64,000 nt of DNA, from positions 85,436,001 to 85,500,000 of the forward strand of contig NC_135655.1 of assembly GCF_964188315.1 (NCBI RefSeq), written 5' to 3'. A program made the translations under genes and the position numbers. Every line of letters begins with the position of its first letter. The stretch's first letter is position 1. The notes beneath the pieces are model-generated. The model saw nothing but the letters and a program-made list of their open reading frames with translations. It was not told the DNA's origin and searched no databases. This document shows, in pieces, positions 22,403 through 33,753 of the stretch. The DNA is from Podarcis muralis. Taxonomy: Eukaryota.

Positions 22403-25213
22403 TGTTTGTGCATGCTTTAGCCTCTCTCATTCAATCACTCATGAAGCTGTCAAACACATCTACCACCACAACACACAGGGAGACGCTGCAGTAGAAAATT
22501 GCTTGGGGCTGTTCAATTAAACATGTGCTAATATATTTCAGGTCTCCAATGTCTCCAGTATTGTGTGGGAACTAGAAAAGTTTGACGAGAACAATGTGTT
22601 GTTGACACATAGGGAAATAGCCACTCTCAAGAAACAACTGGCCGATTGCGAAGACTCTGTTACAAATCCCAATTCTGGCCTCTCTCCCTCTGGAAACTGG
22701 ACTCCAGAGTTTGGTGAGTCCTACCGTGTGATTGTGGGCTGGAACTTCTCCTTACATTGGTTTGTCTATAAGCTACATTATCATCATTATCATCACCATT
22801 ATCACCGTCACCAGTATTAATATTTATTTGTTGCTTTTTTCACAAAGGTGGCTGAAAGCAGCTTGTGCTGTAAAAACCACCATTAAAAAAAAAATCTAAG
22901 AAAAAGAATAACATCACGGCATAAAATGCTCATTGTATATAAAAGAGCAGATCCAAGTCAATCTGCCCCACTAAAAATGTGAGTGGAAGAAGACACCACA
23001 AACATAGTTAAGTACTCTCCCAAATGAAGGCCCAAAAGCCTAGGAGAATTAAAAAAATGTTTTTGCCTGGGACCTAAAGGCAGATAACGCAACCAGGCAT
23101 GCCTCCCTGGGGAAAGCGCTCTACAAACGGGGAGCCACCACTGAGAAGGCTTGCTTCAGTCTGGTCACCCCACAAACTTAATCCAGCTTCTTCTCACAAC
23201 TAGCACATCCTCAGCGAGCTATTTGAGGCACCACCTGACCCAGGAAAATTTTACCGTCATTTAAGCTTTGAGCTCTTTCACTAGATCAGTTCTCAGTCTG
23301 TACCGGTAGAGATCAGGGTAAAAGGAATTTCCTAATAATTACTGGATTACCTCCCACTTAATAGTTCTTTATATTATAAAGAGGCCTGCAGAGCCCTTCT
23401 GGTGCCACAGGGTCCCCCCGCCATTTGACATTAGACTTGAAAGAAGCATTCTGTTGCACTTACTAATAGAATGTAGCATGTGCTTGTGCTTAGTGCTCAC
23501 AGCAGTTCTCAGGTTTGCAAATGATCCCAAAAGGGATGATGACCACCTGCTTTAGTGAGAATTTTGGAAGGCAAACATGTAATGAACAGCTGATCAATGA
23601 CAGTACAGAGGAGGAATTGGGAAGCATTATGCAGAGAAAACACAGCAGGGCAGAGGAGTCTGGTTTGGGGGCCTGACCCGTTTTCTAAACGCAGTGGGAT
23701 AAAACTTGGCAGAGCTTTTGAAACCAGCAGAATGCCTAACATGGTCACAGAAAACAAAGATGATTTAGTTACTTATCTTGTAAAATTTATGCACCTCTTG
23801 ATTATTAAAAAAACCAAAAAAAAACACAAAAAAAAACCTCAGAGCAGTTTGAAGGCGGAGAAAAACTTGTCAAGAGGAGCCACAAACAAAAGTAATTCCC
23901 TTTCTATTCCCTGGCAGGTAACTGCGACAACAAGGTGTTGATAAACGTTAAAGGTAAAGGTACCCCTGCCCGTATGGGCCAGTCTTGACAGACTCTAGGG
24001 TTTTGCGCCCATCTCACTCAAGAGGCCGGGGGCCAGCGCTGTCCGGAGACACTTCCGGGTCACGTGGCCAGCGTGACAAGCTGCATCTGGCGAGCCAGCG
24101 CAGCACACGGAAACGCCGTTTACCTTCCTGCTAGTAAGCGGTCCCTATTTATCTACTTGCACCCGGGGGTGCTTTCGAACTGCTAGGTTGGCAGGCGCTG
24201 GGACCGAGCAACTGGAGTGCACCCCGCCGTGGGGATTCGAACCGCCGACCTTTCGATTGGTAAGTTCTAGGCACTGAGGCTTTTACCCACAGCGCCACCC
24301 GCGTCCCTGTCTGATAAACGTTAGCAAGCCACTTATAGTGAAACTCAACTGGCGAGGTTTAAGCTACAAATTCGGAGCTTGGGGAAAGGACTTTGCTGTT
24401 GGAAACAAGACTCCTGACGCATACTGGGTTGCCCCGCTCAACACAGACGAGCGTTTGTTGGAAACCTACTGCATCTACAACTATTCCGACCTGCTGTTCT
24501 ACAAAAGCCAAATAGAGAAAAGCCTTTCTCAATTTGTTGGGTTCACCTGGAACTACATCAACTGTGGGCAGGGAAGCGGAACTATTTTGTACAACGGCAG
24601 CTTCTATTACAACTGCTACAACTCCAGGAACCTGTGCAAGCTGGATGTGGCAACCAGTAAGGTCCACCGCAAGACCGTCGAAGACGCCGTGTTCAACAAC
24701 TGGTACTCTTATAGCGGAATCAATTGGCATGACTTTGATTTCTCCGGGGATGAGAATGGACTGTGGCTCATTTACTCCACGGAAAAAAACAAGGGGAAAA
24801 TAATGATTGGGCAGCTGGATCCCAATACTCTGACAATAGTCAAGTCATGGCAAACCTCACTGTACAAGCCTAAGGCAACTGGTACCTTCATGATCTGTGG
24901 GGTGATGTATTCCTTGATGCGGGTGAGTGAACACAAGGAGAAGAGCTTTTACAAATATGACACTAACACAGCCACAGAAGGCTCTATGGACATCATCCTG
25001 GAAAAGCTCACAGGCACACCGCAAAGCATAAGCTACAACCCCAATGATCACAAGCTATACATGTACAATGATGGCTACCTGGTCAGTTATGATGTGATAT
25101 TCCGACGCGTACCCCTGTTCCAAAAGAGGAGCGTGGTCAGTGTGAAAGAGCCAGATACTTTTGCGATGGTCAGTAAAAACCACTTCAGCTCACGAGACTT
25201 TGCCATAGCCTGA
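19022..25213 (+). CDS. Olfactomedin-4-like secreted glycoprotein gene; last exon interrupted by a SINE, first exon unresolved, may be a young pseudogene
   Basis: Phase-consistent exons 19022-19195 (KCICSIELPDTTFP, cf. OLFM4 CQCSVSLPDTTFP), 20138-20347 (coiled coil), 22542-22713 (LEKFDENNVLLTHREIATLKKQLADCE), and a terminal exon 23918-23950 + 24324-25213 (GNCDNKVLINVSKPLIVKLNWRG..YWVAPL..GQGSG..DFDFSGDENGLWLIYST..FMICGVMY..SISYNPNDHKLYMYNDGYLVSYD). The exon and phase pattern mirrors OLFM4 as recalled. About 492 aa without the first exon. Confidence 0.85.
21433..21846 (-). mobile_element. L2-clade LINE 3' fragment with (TTA)n tail
   Basis: ORF VLTFKALNGLGPVYLKEHL..RTLRSS..RAFSVVSPALWNALP..FRRHLKAALF is the typical L2 ORF2 C-terminus; (AAT)n tail at about 21433-21482. 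Confidence 0.85.
22185..22310 (-). mobile_element. CR1-tailed SINE (Squam2-like)
   Basis: Antisense CR1 tail catagaattatagagttggaaggga.. joined to a tRNA-like head (gggcttgaactc). Confidence 0.5.
22345..22406. repeat. Compound (CT)n(GT)n microsatellite
   Basis: Directly visible. Confidence 0.9.
23951..24311 (-). mobile_element. Full-length young Sauria (Squam1-type) SINE inserted in a coding exon
   Basis: 5' end GGGACGCGGGTGGCGCTGTGGG (A box), GGTTCGAATCC (B box), (ACCTTT)n 3' tail; exact 12-bp TSD TGATAAACGTTA at 23939-23950 and 24312-24323. Confidence 0.92.
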
Positions 25214-25876
25214 AAGAGAAACAAGGCCAGGCACGCACAACATTTACCTATTGGCAAATACATATTTTAAATGGTAAAAGTCTTGATTGTAAGGCCAGCA
25301 GACAGATTCTATCTTTAAAGGGTATAATTAAACAAGCCCTTTTCTTCACAGTGCAGTCAAGTGTCTACCTGTGTGAAGAGAACATGTCACAGGGTTGGCT
25401 GCTCTCACCATTGAACCTCCACTGCCTTTCCCTCGCACCAAATGATTCTGGCAGTAACAGGATTAGGGCTTTGGTGTGGAATCTGCTATAGATCATGCCA
25501 CTGAGTAACTAGGAGTTCATAAACAGCAGACATACACCCTGAAATCACCTTGCGTGTGTTGTGTTTGTGTGTGTCTGTCCCCTCCGCCTAGTTATGACAC
25601 CTTTTGGGCCTCTCCTCAGGTGTTAACATTTGCCATCTGGAGGACATAAGTTCCACAACACCTGAGCTTCACATTTATTCATTTTCAAGAGTTGCATTGT
25701 AGGAGTTATGTTGGGTCGCTCTTTATTTTCTTTACAAAAAGGTGGCCTCACTGAGGTGGACATGTGGATGGCATCATCCTCATGATTATCTCATCCCGCC
25801 TAAACAAATCCATGCATGCAAACAACCCTTTTCCTGGGGAAGCCATATGCAAAGCGGTCTCGGGGTTTGTTCAACG

Positions 25877-27542
25877 TCAGGATATAAGAGCTTGCACGTT
25901 CTTAAGGGCTGCGTCCGGATCCGCCTTGTATAGCATGAAGTGGCCTTGGACTTGCGCGGCACTGATCTGATCAGAGGCAGACACGGCCTGTTTGGCAAAC
26001 TCCTCGGCCGCAGCTGCTGGCTGGTCTGGGTAGAACCTCTGGAACATGCGCCCGAGCTGCCACTCTGAGCAGTACCCCACATACTGCTTCAGGTCCACCC
26101 GGCCAGGGCGAACTAGGGCTGGATCGAGCCTGCAGGTAAAGAGGAGAAGACAAATGAGGCTCAGCAAATGCTCAGGTGGGAAATATGGTTCTCTATGCTC
26201 CTCTCACTTGGGGTATCACCTCCTTGTTCTCTCTCCAACCCCAAGAAGATACAGGGCTAGGGGAATCTTCTCTCCCCTTTATTTTTTTGAGCTACTCTCT
26301 AAAAGAATATAAAGTAACAGTGCCTTGTGATTTAACTGCACCCACGTCTTGCTGCACTCACCCATCATGCACCTCTTTCTCCATACCTGCCAAGTTACCC
26401 ATCCCCTCCTACAATCTCAGAGGAGCCTGCATGGAACCAGGAACAGTAAACAAGGACAGAACCAGATCTTCAGCTTCTGTGTTAAATGCTGGAAACCAGC
26501 ATGACCAAAGGAGGCAGAAGTCCATATGTATATATACCCCAGACCACTCCCTAACAAGCATGACCCCAGCGTTACCCAAAACCTTACCCAGCCAGTTTTA
26601 ACTGGCTGACCCTGTCTGCTGAGCATTTGCTCTTCTACCCTACACATGACTCCTTCAGCACCAGGCTACATGGCTGGCAGAGTCCTGTGCTTGTGGGAGA
26701 GGATGTGTCACAGGTCTTGGAGACTACAAGAGCCCCAAGATAAGATTCTCTTCCGTCTTCTCCTATAGTATCATCTTCTGGAACAGGAAGTGTGTCTTCA
26801 TTCCTGCCGCCTTCCTCCTTTTTATACTTAAAATAGTTACCAGCTGGTCCCCAGAAAGGCAGACTTTGCCTCATAAAGACAGCACTTCCAAGGGCTGGGA
26901 CACAAACTGCCCTCCTCTGTTACTCACTGCAATCTCCTTCTTGACTGAGTTACAAGGAAGCTCATGGAGTTGCCTTGTGTGAGCTAGGGATGGACGGATC
27001 AGTTTATTTGGGGTCCATGTCCAAAGTGTTACAGGTGTTAAGTCTCCTCTGTTGCTTTTCCACTTTAAGATCTGTATTTTTTTTATTTAAAAAATCCATA
27101 CAAAAATTCGTATTTAAAAATGCATTTTATTATAAATGCATATTTAAATAGTATTTATCGCAGGGTATGCATCTCTAAATGCATTTCCTCCTAAAAATAA
27201 TAATAAATCTTAATGCATTTTGGGAACCAAGGACAGTATTGCAAAATTTGGGGGAGTGGGGAAGCTGAAGGATAATTGTGAATTCGTTTGGGAGGTACAA
27301 ATTTGGCTAGCTTGCTTGAAAATGCAAACAAAACAAAACTCTCCTCCACCCCTAGCTTGTCCTCACCTCAAAAACACCAATGGAGACATCTTAGGCACTG
27401 TGTTACTTGAGGAATCCTTGGTCCCACCAAGGGAAGTGAACCCTTTGGATCGAAGTGGCCTACCACCAAAGGGACTCCATTTGCAGGCTTCCTCCCAGCC
27501 ACTGAGCGGTGAAGTAGGCTGATTTGCTGGAATACTGGTCCT

Positions 27543-27582
<40 letters not shown>

Positions 27583-30500
27583 CTGTTTCCCTGGCAAAAC
27601 AACAGTCCTGCTCCTGTCTGCGTTTGGGCTACCGAGGGATTCAAAAACCTGCCTCAGGGGATACCTAGCTTCTCCTCGTGGCATGCTTTGGCACCGAATG
27701 TGAGAGGGTTGAGTGGAATGGGTTGGGCGAGGTTATCATGGTGTTAGTGTCCTCACCACATGCCGGCTGGTGGTTTCAATGTGTCACCAGTGTGGGACTT
27801 CATGTTGTGAGGGGAAGGTGATGAAGGAATTTCTCTATGGGAATGTCAGTTGTTGCTACATTGTCTCCTCCCCCTCCCCCTTTCCCCTTCCTGCTTCTGT
27901 TACAACAGTTTTGATTTAGCTGCTGGAGGAACGTAGAATCCTAAACCACTGTAGACTCCAGCCTATCAGCCACTACCTTCCTTGGGTGCCATTAAATGAT
28001 CCTTCCCAAGCAAAAGGTTATCTTCTGCAGCTAACAACCTCTCTATCTGCCCCATTTTCTGTGCAACGCTTCTGACCTGTCCACATGATTGGTGGTCATG
28101 AATACAATCCTTGCTTCGGAGGAAGCCACACCATCCAACGCGTTGAGAAGGCCACTGAAAGTCAGGCGTCCCATGCCTTGGTATGCGCTGGGGTCTAGAG
28201 GGAAACACAGCGGCACAGAGACAGCTCAGAGGGAGACACTATAGGTACAGTTGTGACCAAGGGCTGCCCAAATTCTGTCTAGGTTTATAGCCTTCCAGGG
28301 GAAGGGCAACAATCCCACTGTTGTGGTCTTATGTCACAGTAGTACCAGCTTTATGTTCCCTGCCTGATGTGCAGTGGCTTGCAAAATGTTCCTGACACCC
28401 TGCTGTCCAAATAGATACATGAAGGGGTCAGAGAAAATCATGCCACCTGGTGGCAAAATGCAAGTCGATAGAAAGCAGGACAATAAACAGTCAGGATCCT
28501 ATGTCCAAAGAAGGCTGGCAAAAAGAAGTGCCTCTAGGATCTCTGCTGGCGAATCTCTTCCACAGTGCAAAAACTGTAAACTTGTCCCCAAGAGCCTGTC
28601 TTGTTTCAAGTCTCTCTTTGTATATGGATAACTGAATTGGAATAGGTGTCACATTAAAGCCTGCAGATAATTATTTATCATTATATTTATTCAATCTATT
28701 GGTAGCTTGCTACGTAAAAAGTATCGAAGTAACTCACAAAGTTTTAAAGACATAAAGCAAAAACAAAAACAAAAAAACCACTCAATAAGAAGAAAAGAGA
28801 GCAATACATTGCATTTAAAAAGAAACTGTACCAAAATCCAGAGAACAGACACAGTAAAGCAGCCGGGGGAAAAACATGGCAGCAAAGCATACCATCCAGC
28901 AAATCATCACCACCATCTGTCAAATACCTGAGTTAAGTTTTTACCTGGTGCCAAAAGAATTTTAATGATAGCCCCAAGAGGACCCCACTGTGAAGAGCAT
29001 TCCACAAGTGGGGAGCCCTGACTGGAACACGCTCTTCCTTGTCACCACACTCCAGACCTCCCTCAGAGTGGACACCAGTAGAGGATCAAAAAATGAAGGG
29101 TCTGGGTAGGTTTTTAAGGGAAGACATTTTCCAAAAGGCATTGGTGTCCTGAGTCATTGACCCCTCTTTGTCAGTACCAGGTCACCAACCCGAATCCCAT
29201 TGCAAATTGCAGCTTGGAGGAAGGAGCTACCGTATTTTTCGCACCATAGGACGCACTTTTTCCCTCCTAAAAAGCAAGGGAAAATGTGTGTTAGTCCTAT
29301 GGAGCGAATGCAGGGGGGAGGCAGGCGGGAAAAGCCCCCAAGAGCCGCACACAAGCTCTGTGCGCTCTTGCGGGCTTTTCCACAGGAGGGAGAAGGGACT
29401 GACTGGCCGCATCAGTCCCTTCTCCCACCTCCCAGGAAAGCCAGGAGAAGCCGTGCAGCCCTTTTAAAGTGCACGCGGCTTCTGCCGGTTTTGCGGGAGG
29501 TGGGGGAATTCCCCCACCTCCCAGAAAAGCCAGGAGAAGCCGCGCAGCCCCTTTAAAGAGCTCACGGCTTCTGCGGGCTTTTGCGAGAGGTGAGGGAATC
29601 CCCCCACCTCCCAGGAAAGCCAGAAGAAGCCGTGCAGCCCTTTTAAAGTGCGCGCGGCTTCTGCCGGTTTTGCGGGAGGTGGGGGAATTCCCCCACCTCC
29701 CAGAAAAGCCAGGAAAGCCCTGCGCAGCATCTCCCGGCAAGGAGAGGCTGCGCGGGGCTAAAGGGGAAGGCAAAACAGCGAGCGGGATCCATCCCGCTCG
29801 CTGCCTTGCCTTCTTCCATAGCCGCGCGCAACCCCTCCGCAAGGAGAGGCTGCGCGGGGCTAAAGGGGAAGGCAAAACAGCGAGCGGGATCCATCCCGCT
29901 CGCTGCCTTGCCTTCTTCCATAGCCGCGCGCAACCCCTCCGCAAGGAGAGGCTGCGCGGGGCTAAAGGGGAAGGCAAAACAGCGAGCGGGATCCATCCCG
30001 CTCGCTGCCTTGCCTTCTTCCATAGCCGCGCGCAACCCCTCCGCAAGGAGAGGCTGCGCGGGGCTAAAGGGGAAGGCAAAACAGCGAGCGGGATCCATCC
30101 CGCTTGCTGCCTTGGCTTCTTCCATAGCTGCTCGCAACCCCTCCGGCAGGGAGAGGTTGTGCGCACCCTGTACGCTGCTCTTTGGGGCTGGGGGGGGGGA
30201 GATTTTTTTCTTGATTTCCCCCCCTAAAAACTGGGTGCGCCCTATGGTCCGGTGCGCCCTATGGTGCGAAAAATACGGTACTATTCAGCTCTCATTCCCC
30301 CCACTCTGAATGAACAACTAGCTTGGGAAAGTTGCTGCGGTGCAGCACTTAATCAGGATGCCTCCACAGAGTTACAACACAGGGGTGATGAACGCTTGGG
30401 CCCAGCTCAGTCAGAGGCAGCAGAAAAGGGCAGCCTGGAACAAAAGAGTGGGGAGGCGCCATCTGCCTGTCACTCACTTTCGGCAGCAAGATCCCGGCTG

Positions 30501-33500
30501 ACGAAAGCAGCATCCACGTCCTCCAGGAGGATGATGCTCTGTTGAGGAGCTACACTCAGGAGGTGGTTAAGACGATCATCAGAGAGGCTGCGGTCGCTCA
30601 GGCTCAGGAGACAGATGCTGTACTCAAGTTCTCCAGCAAGGGCTGTGCTGTGATAGACAGAGGACAATGTTTCTGCTGAAGAAAACTGTGACAACACCTT
30701 GTGCAAAGATAAGCAGGGTAAGCTGTAGGGGAGTGATTCCTGACCAGGAGCTACACAAGTGCCCAGGGAGGTACCCTCAGAGACTGTATCCATGGGCAAA
30801 TCCTTTGAGAAAAGGGTTTTTTGGGGAAGGAAAGCTGAGGACATGGTACTCACATGAAACTGCTCTTTCCACAACCTGGGGGCCCGTACAGCAGGTATCC
30901 TCTCCGATAGGGGATTCCTACAGACAAAGAGGCTAGTCAAAAGGCAGAAAACTTAGCCTATTCCAACTTCTTTTGAAATCTGAGCTACCATCTCACACCC
31001 GAGAATAAGAATGAGCTGATCGATGATGCCTTGAGCTCACCCCATAGTGGCCAATTCCAGTTGCTGAGAAAGAAATATATTGCACAGGGCCCTGACAGAG
31101 TACCCAATTTCCTGCCACCCTAAAGGTTTAGGGCATCCTGAACAAAAGCACTACTTTAACCAACTTGGCAAAGAGTTGATACAAAGTATTGTGGCAAATG
31201 CCAGAAACTTAGTAAACATTTGGTTTATCAGTACTTGGCTGTGCAGAGATGAGCAAGGACAGTCTCTCTCGTAGGAAAGTAAGGGATAGTTCCTAATTCT
31301 CAAGGCCTGGGACTATGCAGGGGCTGTTGTAGAGACAGCAATGAGGTTAGAAGAGGCTTCCCACTATACAGTGGTGCCCCGCAAGACGAATGCCTCGCAA
31401 GACGAAAAACTCGCTAGACGAAAGGGTTTTCCGTTTTTTGAGTCGTTCCGCAAGACAAATTTCCCTATGGGCTTGCTTCACAAGACGAAACGTCTTGCGA
31501 GTTATTGCGAGTTTGTTTCCTTTTTCTTAAAGCCGCTAAGCCGTTAATAGCCGCTAAGCCGTTAATAGCCGCTAAGCCGCTAATAGCCGTGCTTCACAAG
31601 ACGAAAAAACCGCAAGACGAAGAGACTCGCGGAACGGATCAATTTCGTCTTGCGAGGCACCACTGTACTCATGTCAGAGATGAGTTGTGAGTGCTAGTGG
31701 AGATAAGAGTCCGGGAATCCAGCCATATTTACAAGATTTTTTGCTTCTTTCGTGCTATGTACAATCAGCTTTGAAAGTCCGTTCCGGTCATGGCAAGTCA
31801 GTTGCCTCGACTAAAGTTGCTTTCAGTTTTCCCCAGCATAACCACCTCCTAAGCCCAACCCCCCTCCTTCCTCTCTTACGAGAGTGGCTTGGCCCCAGAA
31901 GTGCCTCCCCCCTCTCAGATTCATTGCCTCCTGACAGCCTGTCGTCACCTTCCTCGTCCGAGGAAGAACAGCTACTAATTAATGGAGGTTTGTCTCGATA
32001 CGTTCCCATTCTCTCCCCCTTCTCTGCCTCCCATTCCCTGACAACTCATAAGAAGAGAGAGGTCCCGCTGCACTCATAAGAACAGAGAGACATCAGCACA
32101 GTTGGGAGTCCAAAGCAGGAAGAAGGTGCAGGCAGGTTGGAAATGACAGGGATGCAGAAGGCAGCAGAGATGCCTTTGGGCACAATAGCAGAGGACATTG
32201 AGAATGATAATCTGGGCTAAATAATGGGATATGCTGGCTCTGTAAGTGGCATTCCACCTGCCTTAATTTAGCTCATAAAGGAAAAGCTCAGGTTGTGAGG
32301 GTATCTGAATGTCGCTCCCTGAAAAGTAAACTCACCTCGATCAATGTACCACTTGGGGTTACCAGTGAACTCTTGCACATCCTGCACAATTCTCTCGGAC
32401 ACTCCTTTCTCAAGCACTACAGAGGTGAGTGGACGCCGACGTCGTGGGAAACCAAATGGCCGCCATTCAGCCCCCATGGCTGTGTACATGACCGTCTTTC
32501 CTTCTTGCTGCCTCAGAGCCAATTCTTTGGCTGCAGAGAAAGGAACAAAGCTGAGGAAAGGGAGCTAACTGCACATCTGGATACAGATGGGAAGGAGGAA
32601 GAGGGAAATCGCCTGTCTGCTAAATATAACAAAGAAGCAAGGAAGCATCACCAAAGAGAATGTGTCAGTTTGGAGGGCAGCCCCAGCTCTAAGTAGGGGT
32701 ACTTAAGGAACTGGAGTTCTGTGAATTCTGATGCAGAGTGATATAATTTGTACCTCCTGGAATTAGGTGCAGAACAGAACATAACTAGTCATCAGATTTT
32801 GGCCTTCTCTAAATTTTGAAATACAGTTTTCAGTTCAAAAAATGCCCAACGGCATGAAAAATGCATAATTTGGAATAAAATACATTTAGAAGTGCATACA
32901 ATGAGCTACAATTATAGCTGCTTCATAAAAATATATTTAGGTATGTATTTAAACACAATTTTTTGCATATTTATTTTTTTAAATTGCAGATTAATGCAGA
33001 AACAGGATGGAATGGACTTACTAAAGAACACATGTAAAACAAGCCTGGGTCCAGAAATAGTCTGATCTATTCATCCCTAGCACCAACATCATCATTAAAT
33101 GTATTACCCACCCTTGCCAGCCTACAACCAAGGAGAGCTATTGTACCTTCCTGCAGGATGTTGAAGAAAACTTCTCGGTTGCTACCGATTGCTGTGAAGG
33201 TGACAGATTCCCAGGGGGTGCCCGTATGCAGGTCAATCATTTGTTTCTCCCGGTTCCGTTCAATGCGGATCCACTTCCTTTTATACCTGGAAGCAGAGCA
33301 GGGAACATGTGAACAGGAACTGGTGGTGGGGAGACAACTGGACGAGCAAGCATGCAATATTCATGACCACCACTTCCTTATTAGCCCTGCAATACTTCTG
33401 TCCATCCCAAAGACATTCCATGGCCTCACTTACCAAATGAAATGGTTCCCAGGGCTGGGGATAAAGTCAAACTTGGTACTGATACGGCCACTCTCATGCT

Positions 33501-33753
33501 GCAGGTATGAGGTCTCCACGCTCAGGTGCTGGGTGTGCTTTGCATGGTGAGAGATCCAGCTCAGCAGCCAGTGGTAACTCTTGTCCTTGCTTGGCACCTC
33601 TAGGGTGATCATACAATGCCGCCTGAAAGCCACCAAGCCAAGCTGTACCCCTTTACGGGCCAGGGCCAAGGCTGTACCTACACCCACCAGGCCAAAGCCT
33701 GCTCCGAAGTATGGATTGTCCTTCAGGGCCGAGACAAAGTCAGGAAAGGGCAT
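25877..33753 (-). CDS. BCS1L: Mitochondrial AAA chaperone BCS1, 419 aa
   Basis: Seven GT-AG exons: 33753-33434 (320), 33286-33147 (140), 32530-32336 (195), 30917-30854 (64), 30647-30478 (170), 28194-28077 (118), 26129-25877 (253) = 1260 nt. Motifs [15 protein letters not shown], Walker A GPPGCGKS, Walker [20 protein letters not shown]. Confidence 0.98.
27545..27580. repeat. (GT)n microsatellite in a BCS1L intron
   Basis: Directly visible. Confidence 0.9.
29424..29705. repeat. Tandem array of about 3 x 89-90 bp imperfect-palindrome units
   Basis: cccacctccc recurs at 29424, 29513, 29603 and 29692. Confidence 0.85.
29741..30148. repeat. Tandem array of 4 x 102 bp hairpin units
   Basis: ggagagg recurs at 29741, 29843, 29945, 30047 and 30149; each unit is centred on CAGCGAGCGGGAT-CC-ATCCCGCTCGCTG. 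Confidence 0.92.
31369..31665. mobile_element. Tigger-like MITE
   Basis: TIR CAGTGGTGCC(C/T)CGCAAGACGAA, TA flanks, internal 18-bp repeats gccgctaagccgttaata. Confidence 0.85.

Larger units (their letters stand above)
29230..30278. mobile_element. Tc2/pogo-like non-autonomous DNA transposon containing two tandem minisatellite arrays
   Basis: TIRs CCGTATTTTTCGCACCATAGG(A/G)CGCAC at both ends; TA flanks at 29228-29 and 30279-80; same TIR class as 11363-11672. Confidence 0.88.

Noticed and set aside
29424-30148. CRISPR-like or prokaryotic repeat array
   Set aside because: Units are contiguous with no unique spacers, and the context is a spliced vertebrate gene.
29297-30309. Long ORFs (289, 252, 164, 167 aa) on both strands
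   Set aside because: They result from the 102-bp (34-codon) GC-rich tandem repeat inside a MITE; the peptides are repetitive with no domain.
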